DNA from: Octopus sinensis | Lineage: Eukaryota | NCBI RefSeq assembly: GCF_006345805.1 | Contig: NC_043006.1 | Coordinates: forward strand, 806,001-870,000 | Reading direction: 5' to 3' | DNA: 64,000 nt | In this document: in pieces, positions 63,991 to 64,000 of the stretch | Numbering within the stretch: the first letter of the stretch is position 1 | Layout of the letters: every line of letters starts with the position of its first letter | Program-made: the position numbers and the translations under genes | The notes under the pieces: model-generated | Told to the model about the DNA's origin: nothing | What the model saw: the letters and a program-made list of their open reading frames with translations, nothing else | The model's database searches: none

Positions 63991-64000
63991 AATAATAATA

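Overview
AT-rich, microsatellite-saturated eukaryotic DNA. The repeat content (tRNA-derived SINEs with a Nin-like core, Dong/R4, CR1-type and Penelope retroelements, very long (TA)n/(ATGT)n/(CTAT)n/(AAT)n tracts) suggests an octopus or other cephalopod genome; this is inference. I can support no intact host protein-coding gene, and most ORFs in the track are microsatellite read-throughs. The window is dominated by decayed transposons: an internally deleted Helitron (45911-50634, minus strand; STPR-like 23-aa repeats, HUH Rep, PIF1 helicase) with two short non-autonomous relatives, CR1/L2-type LINE pieces, Dong/R4-type LINEs in (AAT)n tracts, Tx1/L1-like pieces, Penelope-like (RT + GIY-YIG) remnants, a DD37D (maT) transposase, MITEs and three SINE families. 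The most interesting layer is RNA structure: about nine type I hammerhead-ribozyme-like motifs, read by eye. They include a near-canonical one at the 3' end of a Penelope copy, a short repeat family with a shared non-canonical core, and a 281-bp highly structured, retrozyme-like insert flanked by a perfect 16-bp direct repeat (30429-30709). Two apparent SINE-LINE 3'-tail partnerships are also visible. There is a 100-N gap at 53170-53269. All alignments, folds and family assignments were made by eye and need computational confirmation.
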